DNA of 64,000 nt from an uncultured virus (IMG/VR IMGVR_UViG_3300010148_000009). Taxonomy: Duplodnaviria; Heunggongvirae; Uroviricota; Caudoviricetes. The notes under the pieces are model-generated. The model was not told the DNA's origin and searched no databases. It was given only the letters and a program-made list of their open reading frames with translations. The stretch lies in the IMG/VR virus record IMGVR_UViG_3300010148_000009; one strand, written 5' to 3'. Shown here in pieces: positions 1 to 10,411 of this stretch. Position 1 is the first letter of the stretch. The number at the start of each line of letters is the position of its first letter. Both the position numbers and the translations under genes were made by a program.

Positions 1-3000
1 AGTCAACTCTATTGCCATCTAGGAAAATTTTGTAACCTTTGTTGTTGCCAGTGGTGGCTCCTAATTTGTCTGTATATCCAGAGTCAACATAAACTATTGT
101 AACATTATGCCATTCAGCTGAAATGGAAGTAACATCTGTTCCAATGTAAGCACTACCACTATTGTATTCAAGGATTCGACCCCCTCCAGCTCCTATTCTT
201 ATTGCACCGTATTCTTTATTGGTGCCGCTACCAATGCCGCCAAGTATATATTCAGCTGAAGAGGAAGCGCCGTTAATTTCGGAAGTTGGTTTAAACCAAG
301 CGGAAACAGTAAGAGCATTAAAAGCCGTATGGGAATCAGCTTCAAGATATTGATCGGTTCCATTAAACTGAATTGAACATTCATTACTATATGTTTCTGT
401 TGGGGTTTCAGGTGTTTCGGTATCTGTAGTAGTGGTAGTAGTGGTTTCTGTGTGGGTATAAGTTGGAGCGGTATAGAGTGGGGTTGCGTTGATATAGGGA
501 TTGCTTTCAAGCTTTTGAATGCAGATATCTCCAGCGAGGGTGCAGACATCTTCACAGTCTTCATCTAGTTTTACTGGGGTACCTTTTATTGATACCCAAT
601 AGGGTGTGCCATGAAGACCGTATGGAACATATTTAATGTATTCAGCTATATTTGTTGAAGAATCATAATTGAATAAAGCATATATTCCAGAAGGATCAAG
701 AGCAGAAACAGAGGGTGCACTTGCAAAGTCAATTGTAGAGCAACTGTTTAGAATGGAAGAGTTAAAGTCTATATATTTACATAAGTTTTTATCAAAATGA
801 ATGTTGCAGAAAGCTGGACTCTTTAAAATTTCTGGAGGGCAGATTTTATTCGAGCTTGCAGATGTTGGGATAGATGGGTCAACTGTTGAGTGACTAATTT
901 CAATTTCCCCAACCATAGAACAAACAGATTCAAATCGTTTATAATAATCAAAGGTAACTACCTTGCCAGAAATGACAAGATATAAGTCTTTGGCTGGATA
1001 GTATTCATTGATTCGTCTATAATATTTTGAGATGCCAGTTGAAGTGTCGTGGTCTAAGAATGAATATTCGCCGTCAATAACTACCCTAAAGATATCACTT
1101 TGGGTGCTTCCATTTTGTGGTTCGCAATAACCTTGATAGTGAGGTCCATTATTTATTGTTATTGTTGGACAATTTGACTGACTGAAGGTTTTTGCATCAC
1201 AAACAAAATCGCAATTTTCATCTTCAAAGGGATCGTATATCTTTTTGAAAGTTGCTACAACAGTTAAGTTTTGACAAACTCTTATTTTGGTTTTTTTCAA
1301 TTGTATATCTGAAATTTCTGAATCATTTCCTGTGTGCGACTCGATAGAAAATAATTCAGTTGGAATTTCTTTAGTGGATTCTATGGTCATCGAATCACTT
1401 TCTGTAGATTTTAAATTAGATCCATCTATTTCATATAGATTGTCAATAATATGCCATTTATCAAATTCATAGCCAGCACTTGGGAACGCTTCAATTTCGG
1501 CAAAAGAGCAGTTGCTGTAATAACCAGTTCCACTAGCGTTACCACCCTCTTCAAATAAGACTGACAAGAAGTATTGAGACTTCTTAAATACAGCTTCAAC
1601 GTATTTGTGTTCAGTCATCTTTATTTGGGTTGAAGATTTATTTACGTCTACTATATCAGATCCAACCCAATGGCTGAAAACATATCCTTCGTCTGGTGTG
1701 GCTGTAATATCAGCAAGAGTATTTTCAGCAAAAGAACCTGAGCAACATGCGGAACCGTTTTCAGAATTAATAATATTTAAATCGTAAGATGGAATTGGTG
1801 TTGGGGTTGCGCAAGAAACATCTGTAGAATCATCTAGGCAAGGAATTGTAGTATGTGTTGGTGCTGTTAGGGATGTGTAAGATGAATCGTCTTCACCGCA
1901 TACATAACAAATAGAATATGTAAATTCAGATACAAAAACCTTATGTAAATCATTTTCTACAAGTTGGTGTTCTGTTGTACTTCTTGATCTTAATAGTATT
2001 GAAGATGAAATTCCTACATTAGTTTTTGATGGGCATAGATGGAGCACATCATTTGTGGATACTTTTACTGGGTCAATGCCTAGCGATCCAGAAGTGCTTC
2101 TGTATGAATGTTTAATTTGAGCACATGTTTCTGTGCCAGTAGGTACTGGATAGGATTTTGTAGATGGCAGGATAATTAATCTTGAAGAACAATTATTATT
2201 AAACTGGCATTCTGTTGAGGTAACGGTATCGTAGCCATCTTTGGTTATTGTGATTGAATAAGTTGCATAGAAATCAAATGGAACTTCAATATTAAAATTG
2301 TAAGGCGATTGATCATTTGTAATGCCCGTTGCTACAACTTCACCTAGATCATTTGTTACTGTAATCAATCCTCCAGAAACAACATTAAAGTCTTCATGAT
2401 AAAGTCCATAAATATAATTATAGCCTACAAAGTTTGAGTTTAATTCAGAGCATGAATCGCAATTATATGAAACAGAAACTTCATTTGAAGAAGAAATTGA
2501 ACCAGAAATAGATTTTGAGAAGAATTTAAATTTAAATAAATTGGCTTGATGGGCTGGAATTGATAATGTAGTTGTTGAATTTGGCGCAAATGGACCAAAG
2601 AGTTTTGATGTATCGTTAGTATTCTTTTCGTAAACTTCGTTCAATGAATAATCAGCGTAGAGTGTAAATTCATGATTATTTACCACTGTTAACTTGTAGT
2701 AATAAGAGTTTGAGTTTTCTTCGTAGTTACAATTCACAAAATTGATAGAGATTTTACTTAAATCTATTACAGAGTCAAGTGAGCATTCTGTGTAAACGTA
2801 ACCGTAGTCATATATAATTGATGGAGTTTCAGTTTCGGTTGTAGTTTGAGTTTCTGGGACTGGAGTTTCTGGGTAATAAGGTTTGAGTCCAACAATGGTT
2901 TGAGTTTCCGTTTCAGTTTCGGTTGTAGTTTGAGATGTAGTTGTGGTATCACTAAGGGTTTCAGTTGAAGTTTCAGTATTTGTGAGGGTATCTGTAAGGG

Positions 3001-3856
3001 TATTACTAAGTGTTTCGGTGAGGGTTTCTGCAGTAATCTCCGTTTCGGTTTCTGTTTCTGCAGTAGTTTCAGTATCTGTTTCTGCAGTAGTTTCAGTATC
3101 TGTTGCCGCATGAGTTTCAGTATCTGTTGCCGCATGAGTTTCAGTATCTGTTGCCGCATGAGTTTCCGTATCTGTTGCCGCATGAGTTTCCGTATCTGTA
3201 GGAGTATTGCTAAAGGTATCGGTAACTGTAACTGTATTTGTAAGAGTATCGGTAACTGTAAGCGTATCTGTAAGAGTATTAGTATCAGTGAGGGTATCAG
3301 TTAGGGTTTCGCTTAGGGTTTCTGTTGTAGTGGGGGTTTCAGTTGCGGTATCAGTTTGAGTTGAGGTAACAGTTTGTGTTGTAGTAGAAGTTTGACTTTC
3401 TGTAGTGGTAGCGGTTTGGCTTTCTGTAGTGGTAGCGGTTTCTGTTGGTGTTGGTCCTGGAAGTGGTGCGCCTGGGCTTCCGCTAGAAGCACTTGATAGC
3501 CTATAGGATGAAGTATGGGATTCATGTACTAGAAATAAACCTTCACGAGCTTCAATTCTTACCCGAGAAAATTTAAAGTTAAAAATATCTTTATAATAAA
3601 ATTGTTCTGTGGTGTTAGCGGCGACATTAGCTTGAAAAATAGTAGTCCAATCTGATCCATCAGTATTTGTTACATCAACATATACAATTGCCTGATTGCT
3701 TAAGTTTTCATTTTTTACAAAGAATTGGTATGCATGTGTAGCATGAACATTAATATTGACCTCATTAGTGGTGTGTGTAACAAGAGAGGTAGACCCACTA
3801 AAAGAATAGGATCTTTCTGTTAGACCATGAGATTCAGTTAATATTTGACCAGCCAT
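1..3856 (-). CDS. Giant virion-associated/adhesin-like protein (>1285 aa; C-terminus truncated by window edge): Thr/Glu/Pro-rich mucin-like tract, InlB B-repeat-like domains, LamG/ConA-like domain
   Basis: ATG at 3856 (MAGQILTESHG). The frame was open wherever I checked and runs off the edge, which explains its absence from the ORF track. Motifs: TATPDEGYVFSHW and FPSAGYEFDKW (B-repeat-like); FNGTDQY..LTVSAWFK..WHNVTIVY..GYKIFLDG (LamG-like). Confidence 0.85.
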   Translation of the reverse strand, partial: MAGQILTESHGLTERSYSFSGSTSLVTHTTNEVNINVHATHAYQFFVKNENLSNQAIVYVDVTNTDGSDWTTIFQANVAANTTEQFYYKDIFNFKFSRVRIEAREGLFLVHESHTSSYRLSSASSGSPGAPLPGPTPTETATTTESQTATTTESQTSTTTQTVTSTQTDTATETPTTTETLSETLTDTLTDTNTLTDTLTVTDTLTNTVTVTDTFSNTPTDTETHAATDTETHAATDTETHAATDTETHAATDTETTAETDTETTAETETETEITAETLTETLSNTLTDTLTNTETSTETLSDTTTTSQTTTETETETQTIVGLKPYYPETPVPETQTTTETETPSIIYDYGYVYTECSLDSVIDLSKISINFVNCNYEENSNSYYYKLTVVNNHEFTLYADYSLNEVYEKNTNDTSKLFGPFAPNSTTTLSIPAHQANLFKFKFFSKSISGSISSSNEVSVSYNCDSCSELNSNFVGYNYIYGLYHEDFNVVSGGLITVTNDLGEVVATGITNDQSPYNFNIEVPFDFYATYSITITKDGYDTVTSTECQFNNNCSSRLIILPSTKSYPVPTGTETCAQIKHSYRSTSGSLGIDPVKVSTNDVLHLCPSKTNVGISSSILLRSRSTTEHQLVENDLHKVFVSEFTYSICYVCGEDDSSYTSLTAPTHTTIPCLDDSTDVSCATPTPIPSYDLNIINSENGSACCSGSFAENTLADITATPDEGYVFSHWVGSDIVDVNKSSTQIKMTEHKYVEAVFKKSQYFLSVLFEEGGNASGTGYYSNCSFAEIEAFPSAGYEFDKWHIIDNLYEIDGSNLKSTESDSMTIESTKEIPTELFSIESHTGNDSEISDIQLKKTKIRVCQNLTVVATFKKIYDPFEDENCDFVCDAKTFSQSNCPTITINNGPHYQGYCEPQNGSTQSDIFRVVIDGEYSFLDHDTSTGISKYYRRINEYYPAKDLYLVISGKVVTFDYYKRFESVCSMVGEIEISHSTVDPSIPTSASSNKICPPEILKSPAFCNIHFDKNLCKYIDFNSSILNSCSTIDFASAPSVSALDPSGIYALFNYDSSTNIAEYIKYVPYGLHGTPYWVSIKGTPVKLDEDCEDVCTLAGDICIQKLESNPYINATPLYTAPTYTHTETTTTTTTDTETPETPTETYSNECSIQFNGTDQYLEADSHTAFNALTVSAWFKPTSEINGASSSAEYILGGIGSGTNKEYGAIRIGAGGGRILEYNSGSAYIGTDVTSISAEWHNVTIVYVDSGYTDKLGATTGNNKGYKIFLDGNRVD
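3053..3196. repeat. Six tandem 24-bp coding repeats (TDTETHAA x4, TDTETTAE x2)
   Basis: Units tgttgccgcatgagttt(a/c)gtatc-like and tgtttctgcagtagtttcagtatc, read directly. Confidence 0.95.
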
Positions 3857-3968
3857 AATTCAAACTACAACTACCTTTTACACAAAAAAAATGAGCAAAA
3901 GTATGAAAAAATTTTTTTAGTGTACGCCATCAAGTGGTAATTACACTATTCTTTCATATATTGAGGAA

Positions 3969-4901
3969 TTATTTTCTGGCGTCCGCCTCTTTTTTATTTT
4001 TTAAGTACCAATCTATGGTAAGTTTTAATCCAACTTCAAAGGATAGAGGTCTAAATTGTGGGAGCTTCTGTTTCATTCGAGTTATGTCTAAAACTTTTCT
4101 TGGTACCCCGTTTGGTTTTGACGTATCCCATTCCAGCCTTCCGTGAAAATTCATATATTTAGCTGTAAGTTCAGCTAACTCTTTAATTGAGGTGCCAATT
4201 CCAGTGCCTATATTTACAGGTTCTAAATCGTGGGGTTGATCTATAAATTCAGAAATTGCTTGCGCCGCATCTTTTACATAAATAAATTCTCTAATAGCGC
4301 TTCCGTTACCCCAGTTTGTGATTTGAGGTTTATTCCTTTCATCAGAAAATCTTTTAATTAAAGCTGGAACAACATGAGATCTGTACTCAGTAAAAACATC
4401 ATGTGGTCCGTATAGGTTGGTTAGTGCTAAATGGTTTCCCTCTAGTCCGTATTGCTTGTGATAGGATTGTTGGGCTATTAATTGAATTTTTTTAGAAGAG
4501 CCATATCCAATAACTGAGTCATGCATAGGACCGCTCCAAAAGTCTTCCTCTTTCATATCTCCAATAATACAACCTGGGTAAGCGCAGGCAGAGCCAACTG
4601 AAACAACTTTTTTTACACCTGATTGAGCAGCCGCCTCAAAAAGATTGGTTGTCATTAATGTGTTGTGATGAAATAAATTTGCAGGTTCTTCAACATTTAT
4701 ATTTATTCCGCCATAATAAGCAGCTCCATGAATAATTACTTCTGGTTTGTGTTTTTTTAAATAAGATAAAGTTTTATCGTAATTGTAAAGATCAAAAGTT
4801 TTACTTCTTGGAGCTAATACTTTGTAGTTTTTTTTACAAATAGGAACCAATTGTTTACCTAGGAAACCTGAACCACCTGTTATTAATACTTTATTATACA
4901 T
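3969..4901 (-). CDS. fcl: GDP-L-fucose synthase family (Fcl/WcaG-like) epimerase/reductase
   Basis: TGGSGFLG; GSACAYP; YGSSK; NLYGPHD; SHVVPALI; WGNGSAIREFIYV. Confidence 0.85.
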   Translation of the reverse strand: MYNKVLITGGSGFLGKQLVPICKKNYKVLAPRSKTFDLYNYDKTLSYLKKHKPEVIIHGAAYYGGININVEEPANLFHHNTLMTTNLFEAAAQSGVKKVVSVGSACAYPGCIIGDMKEEDFWSGPMHDSVIGYGSSKKIQLIAQQSYHKQYGLEGNHLALTNLYGPHDVFTEYRSHVVPALIKRFSDERNKPQITNWGNGSAIREFIYVKDAAQAISEFIDQPHDLEPVNIGTGIGTSIKELAELTAKYMNFHGRLEWDTSKPNGVPRKVLDITRMKQKLPQFRPLSFEVGLKLTIDWYLKNKKEADARK

Positions 4902-5826
4902 TTTTATATTGACTTCTGCTATCTAAAGCGGGGCAAGCTTGGATTAATTCTCGAATACCTTCTTCAACAGTTTTTTCGATATAAAATCCAGCATCATTAA
5001 TTTTTTTATAAGAAACTTCATAATTTCTTTTATCTTCATCTTCTCCAATCTCTGCAAAATGAAGGTAATAATCAACTTTATCTTTAATCATTAAAGCAAT
5101 TTCTTCTTTGTTGAAATTATTAAAATCACCACCAACATTAAATGTATTGTTTTTCATTGTATCATAATTTTCAATGGCGTAAACAATTCCTTTAGCCATG
5201 TCATCAACATGTACAAAGGTTCTTTTAAATGTCTTTTCAAACATAACAAGAGTTTTATTGTTGATAGCTTGATAAACAAAATCATTGATTAAAAGATCCA
5301 AGCGCATTCTTGGAGAAAGGCCGAAAGCTGTGGCAAATCGATAAGCAACCGCACCATTTTCATTTAAGAAAATTTCTTCAGCTTGGGTTTTGGTTTTTCC
5401 ATAAAGGCTGATTGGGTTCAACGGAGTTTCTTCTGTGCAAATTTCATTTTCTATAATTCCATAGTTGGAACCAGTAGAAGCGTAAACCGTTCCTTGATCT
5501 TTCGATAGTAAAGATGATATTAGTTTTGATGAATCTACATTTACTGTTTTTGCTAAATCTGGATTTTTCCTGCAAGCTGGAAAGCCAACAATTGCGGCGA
5601 GGTGAATTACGAATTCAAAATTAGGGACCAAGTCGTTCATAAGAGATTCATCTCTAGCATCACCCTTAATGAACTTAAACTTTGGATTTTTAAAAAATGG
5701 AATAATGGTATGACCATTATCATACATTAAGTTGTCTACAACACAGACCTTATAATTTTTTTCTAATAATTGTGGGATTAGAACTGAACCTACATATCCA
5801 GCTCCTCCAGTAAGTAATATTTTCAT
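4894..5826 (-). CDS. NAD-dependent nucleotide-sugar epimerase/dehydratase (extended SDR)
   Basis: TGGAGYVG; HLAAIVG; YGKTK. Confidence 0.9.
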   Translation of the reverse strand: MKILLTGGAGYVGSVLIPQLLEKNYKVCVVDNLMYDNGHTIIPFFKNPKFKFIKGDARDESLMNDLVPNFEFVIHLAAIVGFPACRKNPDLAKTVNVDSSKLISSLLSKDQGTVYASTGSNYGIIENEICTEETPLNPISLYGKTKTQAEEIFLNENGAVAYRFATAFGLSPRMRLDLLINDFVYQAINNKTLVMFEKTFKRTFVHVDDMAKGIVYAIENYDTMKNNTFNVGGDFNNFNKEEIALMIKDKVDYYLHFAEIGEDEDKRNYEVSYKKINDAGFYIEKTVEEGIRELIQACPALDSRSQYKNV

Positions 5827-5845
5827 AACTAATAGTTATTATATA

Positions 5846-6736
5846 TTAATATTTAAAAATTTCAAGATTTTCTTCTTTTAGTCCCCAGTTTTTTGGATTG
5901 TTATTTTCGAAAATATTATTTCTATACGCTTGTGAATTAGATTTTCTATCAGGTGCATAAGAACCTTTTACTTTGGGGTGGTGTTGATGATAAAAGTCAG
6001 CTTCAGTTTTTTGAGATAAATTATATATGGAGTTTCCTTGTTCGCAGAGCCTATTTAAAAATTCTACATCCATTTGGTTCATATATATTAACTCTTCGTT
6101 AAAACCTTTTTCTTGTTCATATAAATTTTTTTCAACCATCATTATTCCAACAGCGCAACCATAAAATGAATGTATTCTGGGTATTGGATATATTCGATTT
6201 TGATAACATAGTGGATGTAAAATATCTATTTCTTTTGATAGTTTTTCATCTTTAATTATTGATTTGTAACCAAAGGATTGTTTTAAATTTAAATTTCTCC
6301 TACCAGAAAAACAGACTTTAGGCCACTCAAAGCCATAGTTTTTAACCTCGTATTCGTTAAAGAACCAATCTATAAATCTATAACCAACTAAAGTATCCTG
6401 GTCTATCCTCATAAAATGTTTTCCTGAAATATGTCTAAATCCACAATTCATGGCATGTACTTCAGAAAAAGGAGAATTTTTTTGATATTTTAAAGCTATT
6501 TTTTTGTCTACTGTTATAATTTTTAATATCTTTTTTATTTCATCATTTAATACAAGTACTTCTTTTAGGGGCTTATCTGGAGATGCCCAATCAACTAAGA
6601 CGCACTCAGATTGATCTAAATTTTTAGTTTCACTTAAAGCTTCTCCTAGAAAATTTAGAGTGTTAGTTAGTCTTGATACTGAATTGCCACAATAATAATC
6701 GTTTCTGGCAACTAGAACAAACGATCCTTTTATCAT
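5846..6736 (-). CDS. Putative GT-A fold glycosyltransferase
   Basis: VLVDWAS; AMNCGFR; RIDQD (DxD); GFNEELI..MDVEF. Confidence 0.65.
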   Translation of the reverse strand: MIKGSFVLVARNDYYCGNSVSRLTNTLNFLGEALSETKNLDQSECVLVDWASPDKPLKEVLVLNDEIKKILKIITVDKKIALKYQKNSPFSEVHAMNCGFRHISGKHFMRIDQDTLVGYRFIDWFFNEYEVKNYGFEWPKVCFSGRRNLNLKQSFGYKSIIKDEKLSKEIDILHPLCYQNRIYPIPRIHSFYGCAVGIMMVEKNLYEQEKGFNEELIYMNQMDVEFLNRLCEQGNSIYNLSQKTEADFYHQHHPKVKGSYAPDRKSNSQAYRNNIFENNNPKNWGLKEENLEIFKY

Positions 6737-7104
6737 ACAACAAGATTTGTTAAATTTTTAAAATCTAAAACGAATGATTCTTCATTAGCTAAGTAAACGT
6801 TTTTACCTTGATTTATAAGAATAGATTCATATTTCGGTAACGTTATAAATTCTTTTATTTCGTGAAATAAATCATTTTCAAGGTCAATATCTATTAATGG
6901 TAATATCCAAGATTCTGTATCTTTATTAAATTTATTCAAGTTCGTAAATTTTTCATGTAGAATTTTATCTCGATAGAAAAACAGATAAAAATAATGATTT
7001 AGCCTTTTCATATTTTGCTTATTTATTTCACATTGGAGATATTTAAATTCTTGGTCGTTTAAGGTTTCGAAAAAAACTCCAATGTAATTTTTAACTTCAT
7101 TCAT
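6733..7104 (-). CDS. Hypothetical protein
   Basis: Open frame between glycan genes; start placed at the internal Met (MNEVKN) that overlaps the upstream stop. Confidence 0.55.
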   Translation of the reverse strand: MNEVKNYIGVFFETLNDQEFKYLQCEINKQNMKRLNHYFYLFFYRDKILHEKFTNLNKFNKDTESWILPLIDIDLENDLFHEIKEFITLPKYESILINQGKNVYLANEESFVLDFKNLTNLVV

Positions 7105-8014
7105 TATTAAAAGCTTTTTGATATAAATCAAAAAATATTCTTGATTTTTCAGGTAAATAGTTTTGCCAATTATCTAAATCTTTTATTAGTTTTAAAGTCG
7201 TCCTGTAACCAATAATTTCATTCTCTAAATTATTAACCAAGTCTTGAGCATTTCTATCTTGGTAGACTGTGGCTTTATTGTATACAATACTGTTTGGAAA
7301 ATATTTTTGAGTTATATAGCCTCCCCATATATCATCCATTCTACCAATATTGGGTAAAACAGAATAATAAGGTAAAACTTCCCTGGAAAGAAAAGTGTTT
7401 TGTGAATTAAATGGGGATATAAAATTTGAGCAATAAGGCTCTGTTACGTCTGAAAACTTAACACAAGGTTTCATTGATAATCTAGCCATAGCGTCAATAT
7501 CGGGATCTCCATCCCATAGATCTGCTTGTATTAAAACTTTGCGTTTTGTTTTGCCTTTATATTTTACATTGTGCCTATGTGGTACATACTCAATTGGGTA
7601 ACCCCTATGCCATACATTATTACTTTTTGTTATTGACAGGGGATCAAAGACATCTAATTCTGGTTCGTATAAATCTAATTCAATGGTTTTACCAATGTAT
7701 AGATCTTCGCCCCAATTATCGTATGGAATATTATCATCGTCAACGGTGGCTACTATATCCGCACCTCTATTGTAAGCTTCAATAAAACCAATATTTCTTC
7801 TTTGTATTGAGTTCCAACCTATAGATTTGCTTAATTCTTTGTAGGTAAATTCTTGATATTCTGGATCAAGATAAGTGCAATTTAATTTCTTGTATGATTC
7901 ATGTGGAGTTTTTAGGTCACCTACAACTATAAGTTTCCAACCACTGATATTTGCAAATTTTATAGTAGCCTTTGTAGGCTCATTGATGGTTGTAATTACG
8001 ATATATTTTTTCAC
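7097..8014 (-). CDS. STELLO/DUF288-like putative glycosyltransferase
   Basis: IVITTINEPT; WKLIVVGDLKTP; RRNIGFIEA; VDDDN; DPDIDA; PFNSQNT; GRMDDIW. Confidence 0.8.
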   Translation of the reverse strand: MKKYIVITTINEPTKATIKFANISGWKLIVVGDLKTPHESYKKLNCTYLDPEYQEFTYKELSKSIGWNSIQRRNIGFIEAYNRGADIVATVDDDNIPYDNWGEDLYIGKTIELDLYEPELDVFDPLSITKSNNVWHRGYPIEYVPHRHNVKYKGKTKRKVLIQADLWDGDPDIDAMARLSMKPCVKFSDVTEPYCSNFISPFNSQNTFLSREVLPYYSVLPNIGRMDDIWGGYITQKYFPNSIVYNKATVYQDRNAQDLVNNLENEIIGYRTTLKLIKDLDNWQNYLPEKSRIFFDLYQKAFNNE

Positions 8015-8091
8015 GATACCTATTCATATTTATGATAAAATGATAAGGGGATATATCAATCGTTATTACAAACTTTATTCTCCAAATTGCA

Positions 8092-8688
8092 TTAAAATGA
8101 ATAGTTATACTTTTGGTTGTCTTTATGATATATCATCTCCACTTCTTTCCTGGACTCTTCTGTGAAATATTTTTGATAGTTTTGAGATCCCCCTTCTTTG
8201 AACCAAAATTTTTTATTTAATTTAATTTTATTAAAAATAAATTCTATATCACTTTTTAAATTTTCATATGTTGCAACAAAATCTAATTTTTCGTTTAAGA
8301 TATTTTGGTAGCCACATCCTTCTATCCCTACTGGTATGTCTGTAGCCTTGTGAAATCTGTGGTCATATTCAACTGTATTTGGGAAGTTATACTTTTTTAT
8401 ATAGTCAGCCAGATTAATTTTACCATCTGTAGATTGGTTAATGCCAAAATGGTTAGGAAATTTTAAGCATGATACTATTCTTGCCCAGGGGTTTCTAACG
8501 ATTGAAAATTTAAAATATTCGTCCCAATAATCTTTATAAAGCTCTCGGGCTTGACTCGCAATTAAATGCTTTTCTTTCTTTAATGCTTTATCGTGCCACC
8601 AGTCTTTGTCGTCAATTTTTCGCTCTATGTGGGTGCCCGCAGTTCTTTGAATATGTATGAAAATACATTTATATTTATGACTTATCAT
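8092..8688 (-). CDS. Sulfotransferase family 2 protein
   Basis: IFIHIQRTAGT (5'-PSB); FSIVRNPWARIVS (3'-PB). Confidence 0.85.
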   Translation of the reverse strand: MISHKYKCIFIHIQRTAGTHIERKIDDKDWWHDKALKKEKHLIASQARELYKDYWDEYFKFSIVRNPWARIVSCLKFPNHFGINQSTDGKINLADYIKKYNFPNTVEYDHRFHKATDIPVGIEGCGYQNILNEKLDFVATYENLKSDIEFIFNKIKLNKKFWFKEGGSQNYQKYFTEESRKEVEMIYHKDNQKYNYSF

Positions 8689-8694
8689 AACATT

Positions 8695-9489
8695 TTAAGT
8701 TAATAAATGGATGTTTTTGTTAGGGATTTTAAATCGTGCAGGCTTATTAAACATGCTTTCATTACATATTAAATGAGAACATTTTGATAATAAATGCATG
8801 TCGACATAAGATTCATATAATAATGTTATTGGATCAACTTTAATATTTTCATCTTTATATAAAGATAGTCGGTGGCCTGGTCCGAACCCTTTTGGCAAAA
8901 ATACTCTATCTTTAACTTTTATTCTATCTCTAAATTCTGCTTTGCATAAATTGATAAACGGCTTGGAGTCGCTGCATACGAAAAAAAACTTGTTGTCATA
9001 TTCTTTCATTTTTTCAATAAATAAGTTTTCTGGAACAACTCGTTTTGTTAAGGCTGGGTTTCCCTCGCCATTTCCAAATCTACCATGAACCCCGACACAC
9101 TGTTCGATATCAAAATCTACAATAGGCTCTTCTTTTAATCTCATTAACAAATTTTCTGATTGATATGATGCATGTAATTTTTCTCCATTTAATTCGATGC
9201 CTAGTGTCAGTTCATATTCAATATATTTGTTTTTTGTGCTTTTTATATCTGTGATATATTTTTTGTCAATTTCATTAATTTTTATGGGCATCACAATAGC
9301 CCTTTCATGAAAATCAAATAAATTAAAAATTCTAGAAAAATCAATTTGTTTTGTCTTAGCGAAATAACACCAATTTCTTAAATCTACAATGAAGTCGTAT
9401 TCATCTGTGCTTCGGGCAAAGGTATTAAACACACAGAGTTGCATTCCGAGTCCATCGGGTATATTTATATTTACATATTTTTTTTTCAT
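8695..9489 (-). CDS. NodZ-like (GT23-type) fucosyltransferase
   Basis: GLGMQL; VDLRNWCY; VGVHGRFGNG; FVCSDS; DMHLLSKCSHLI. Confidence 0.75.
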   Translation of the reverse strand: MKKKYVNINIPDGLGMQLCVFNTFARSTDEYDFIVDLRNWCYFAKTKQIDFSRIFNLFDFHERAIVMPIKINEIDKKYITDIKSTKNKYIEYELTLGIELNGEKLHASYQSENLLMRLKEEPIVDFDIEQCVGVHGRFGNGEGNPALTKRVVPENLFIEKMKEYDNKFFFVCSDSKPFINLCKAEFRDRIKVKDRVFLPKGFGPGHRLSLYKDENIKVDPITLLYESYVDMHLLSKCSHLICNESMFNKPARFKIPNKNIHLLT

Positions 9490-9501
9490 GTATATTAAAA
9501 T

Positions 9502-9588
9502 TTAATCTCCGAATTTGTAACCAAAATACTCAATATCTTTTGTATATTTTTCAGCAATAATTTGACGAGTGTCTTCATCGTAGTATTC
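9502..9588 (-). pseudogene. 3' remnant of a sulfotransferase gene ([28 protein letters not shown])
   Basis: 70/87 nt identical by hand alignment to 10412..10498; no start codon. Confidence 0.85.
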
Positions 9589-10408
9589 ACTTGATGTTTC
9601 CATATATGTAAAAATTCTTTAATTTACTATTCTTGCACAAAACATAATTTGTAACATTGCTATTTCCATGTACCAAGTAATCAGTCAATGACAAAAGATA
9701 GGCTTCAATTAATACGTCTTCTCCGAGTTTATACTTTATATCATTATATTTACGGTCTCTATGCATTTCTCCATTGTTTGACCGAGTTGCTGAGTATGTA
9801 ACAATTCTATCACCATATATGCGTTTACAATAATCAATAACAATCTGTGAATCCGAGCATAAAAAAATCTTAGCATAAGACGTAGTTTCCAATAACTGAT
9901 TTACTTTTGTAAAATACGCATCATATGGAACTCCATCCACTAACTGAAACTTTTCTCGCAATCCGCTTGCATTTCCATGAGTTCGTCCTTTTCCACGAAT
10001 ATGCAACCCTATCGTATAATCATTGAAGTTTTGTTCGGCAAATTGATCAATCTTCTGACGAATATGTGGTTTTAATTTAATATATCTGTCAATAATTCTA
10101 TTCATTTCTACGCGATGTGTGGGTTGGGCAAGTCCATTTTTTCTTGGAGTTATGCAATTTCCAAAACGAAATGCAAATGACTCTTTTTTACCAACAGGTA
10201 TATCTGTATCTTTTATGTCAAAAAAGTTTTCAAAATAATACTCAAATGCGTTATCATCGTTGTTGACTTGTTTGTAAGGTGAACTTACCCACAACAAATT
10301 TAATTTATGTTTATTTTGTTCGGCAACATATAGATGATCAACAACGTCATTTACAATGGAAAACATTCCTCTGACTCTATTATTGAATTTTACATTGTAA
10401 ACTTCCAT
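9587..10408 (-). CDS. NodZ/O-fucosyltransferase-like GT-B glycosyltransferase
   Basis: [37 protein letters not shown]. Confidence 0.75.
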   Translation of the reverse strand: MEVYNVKFNNRVRGMFSIVNDVVDHLYVAEQNKHKLNLLWVSSPYKQVNNDDNAFEYYFENFFDIKDTDIPVGKKESFAFRFGNCITPRKNGLAQPTHRVEMNRIIDRYIKLKPHIRQKIDQFAEQNFNDYTIGLHIRGKGRTHGNASGLREKFQLVDGVPYDAYFTKVNQLLETTSYAKIFLCSDSQIVIDYCKRIYGDRIVTYSATRSNNGEMHRDRKYNDIKYKLGEDVLIEAYLLSLTDYLVHGNSNVTNYVLCKNSKLKNFYIYGNIK

Positions 10409-10411
10409 AGT

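Noticed and set aside
2767..3525. ORFs with MRQQILKL / MSFSICCR repeats
   Set aside because: Alternative frames of the Thr-rich tandem repeat.
1..3860. Apparent gene desert suggesting stop-codon reassignment or a pseudogene
   Set aside because: Explained by one standard-code ORF running off the window edge; all other genes are intact in the standard code.
4894..5826. Calling this gene gmd to complete the GDP-fucose pathway
   Set aside because: It lacks the Gmd signature GITGQDGSYL, so it is left as a generic SDR epimerase.
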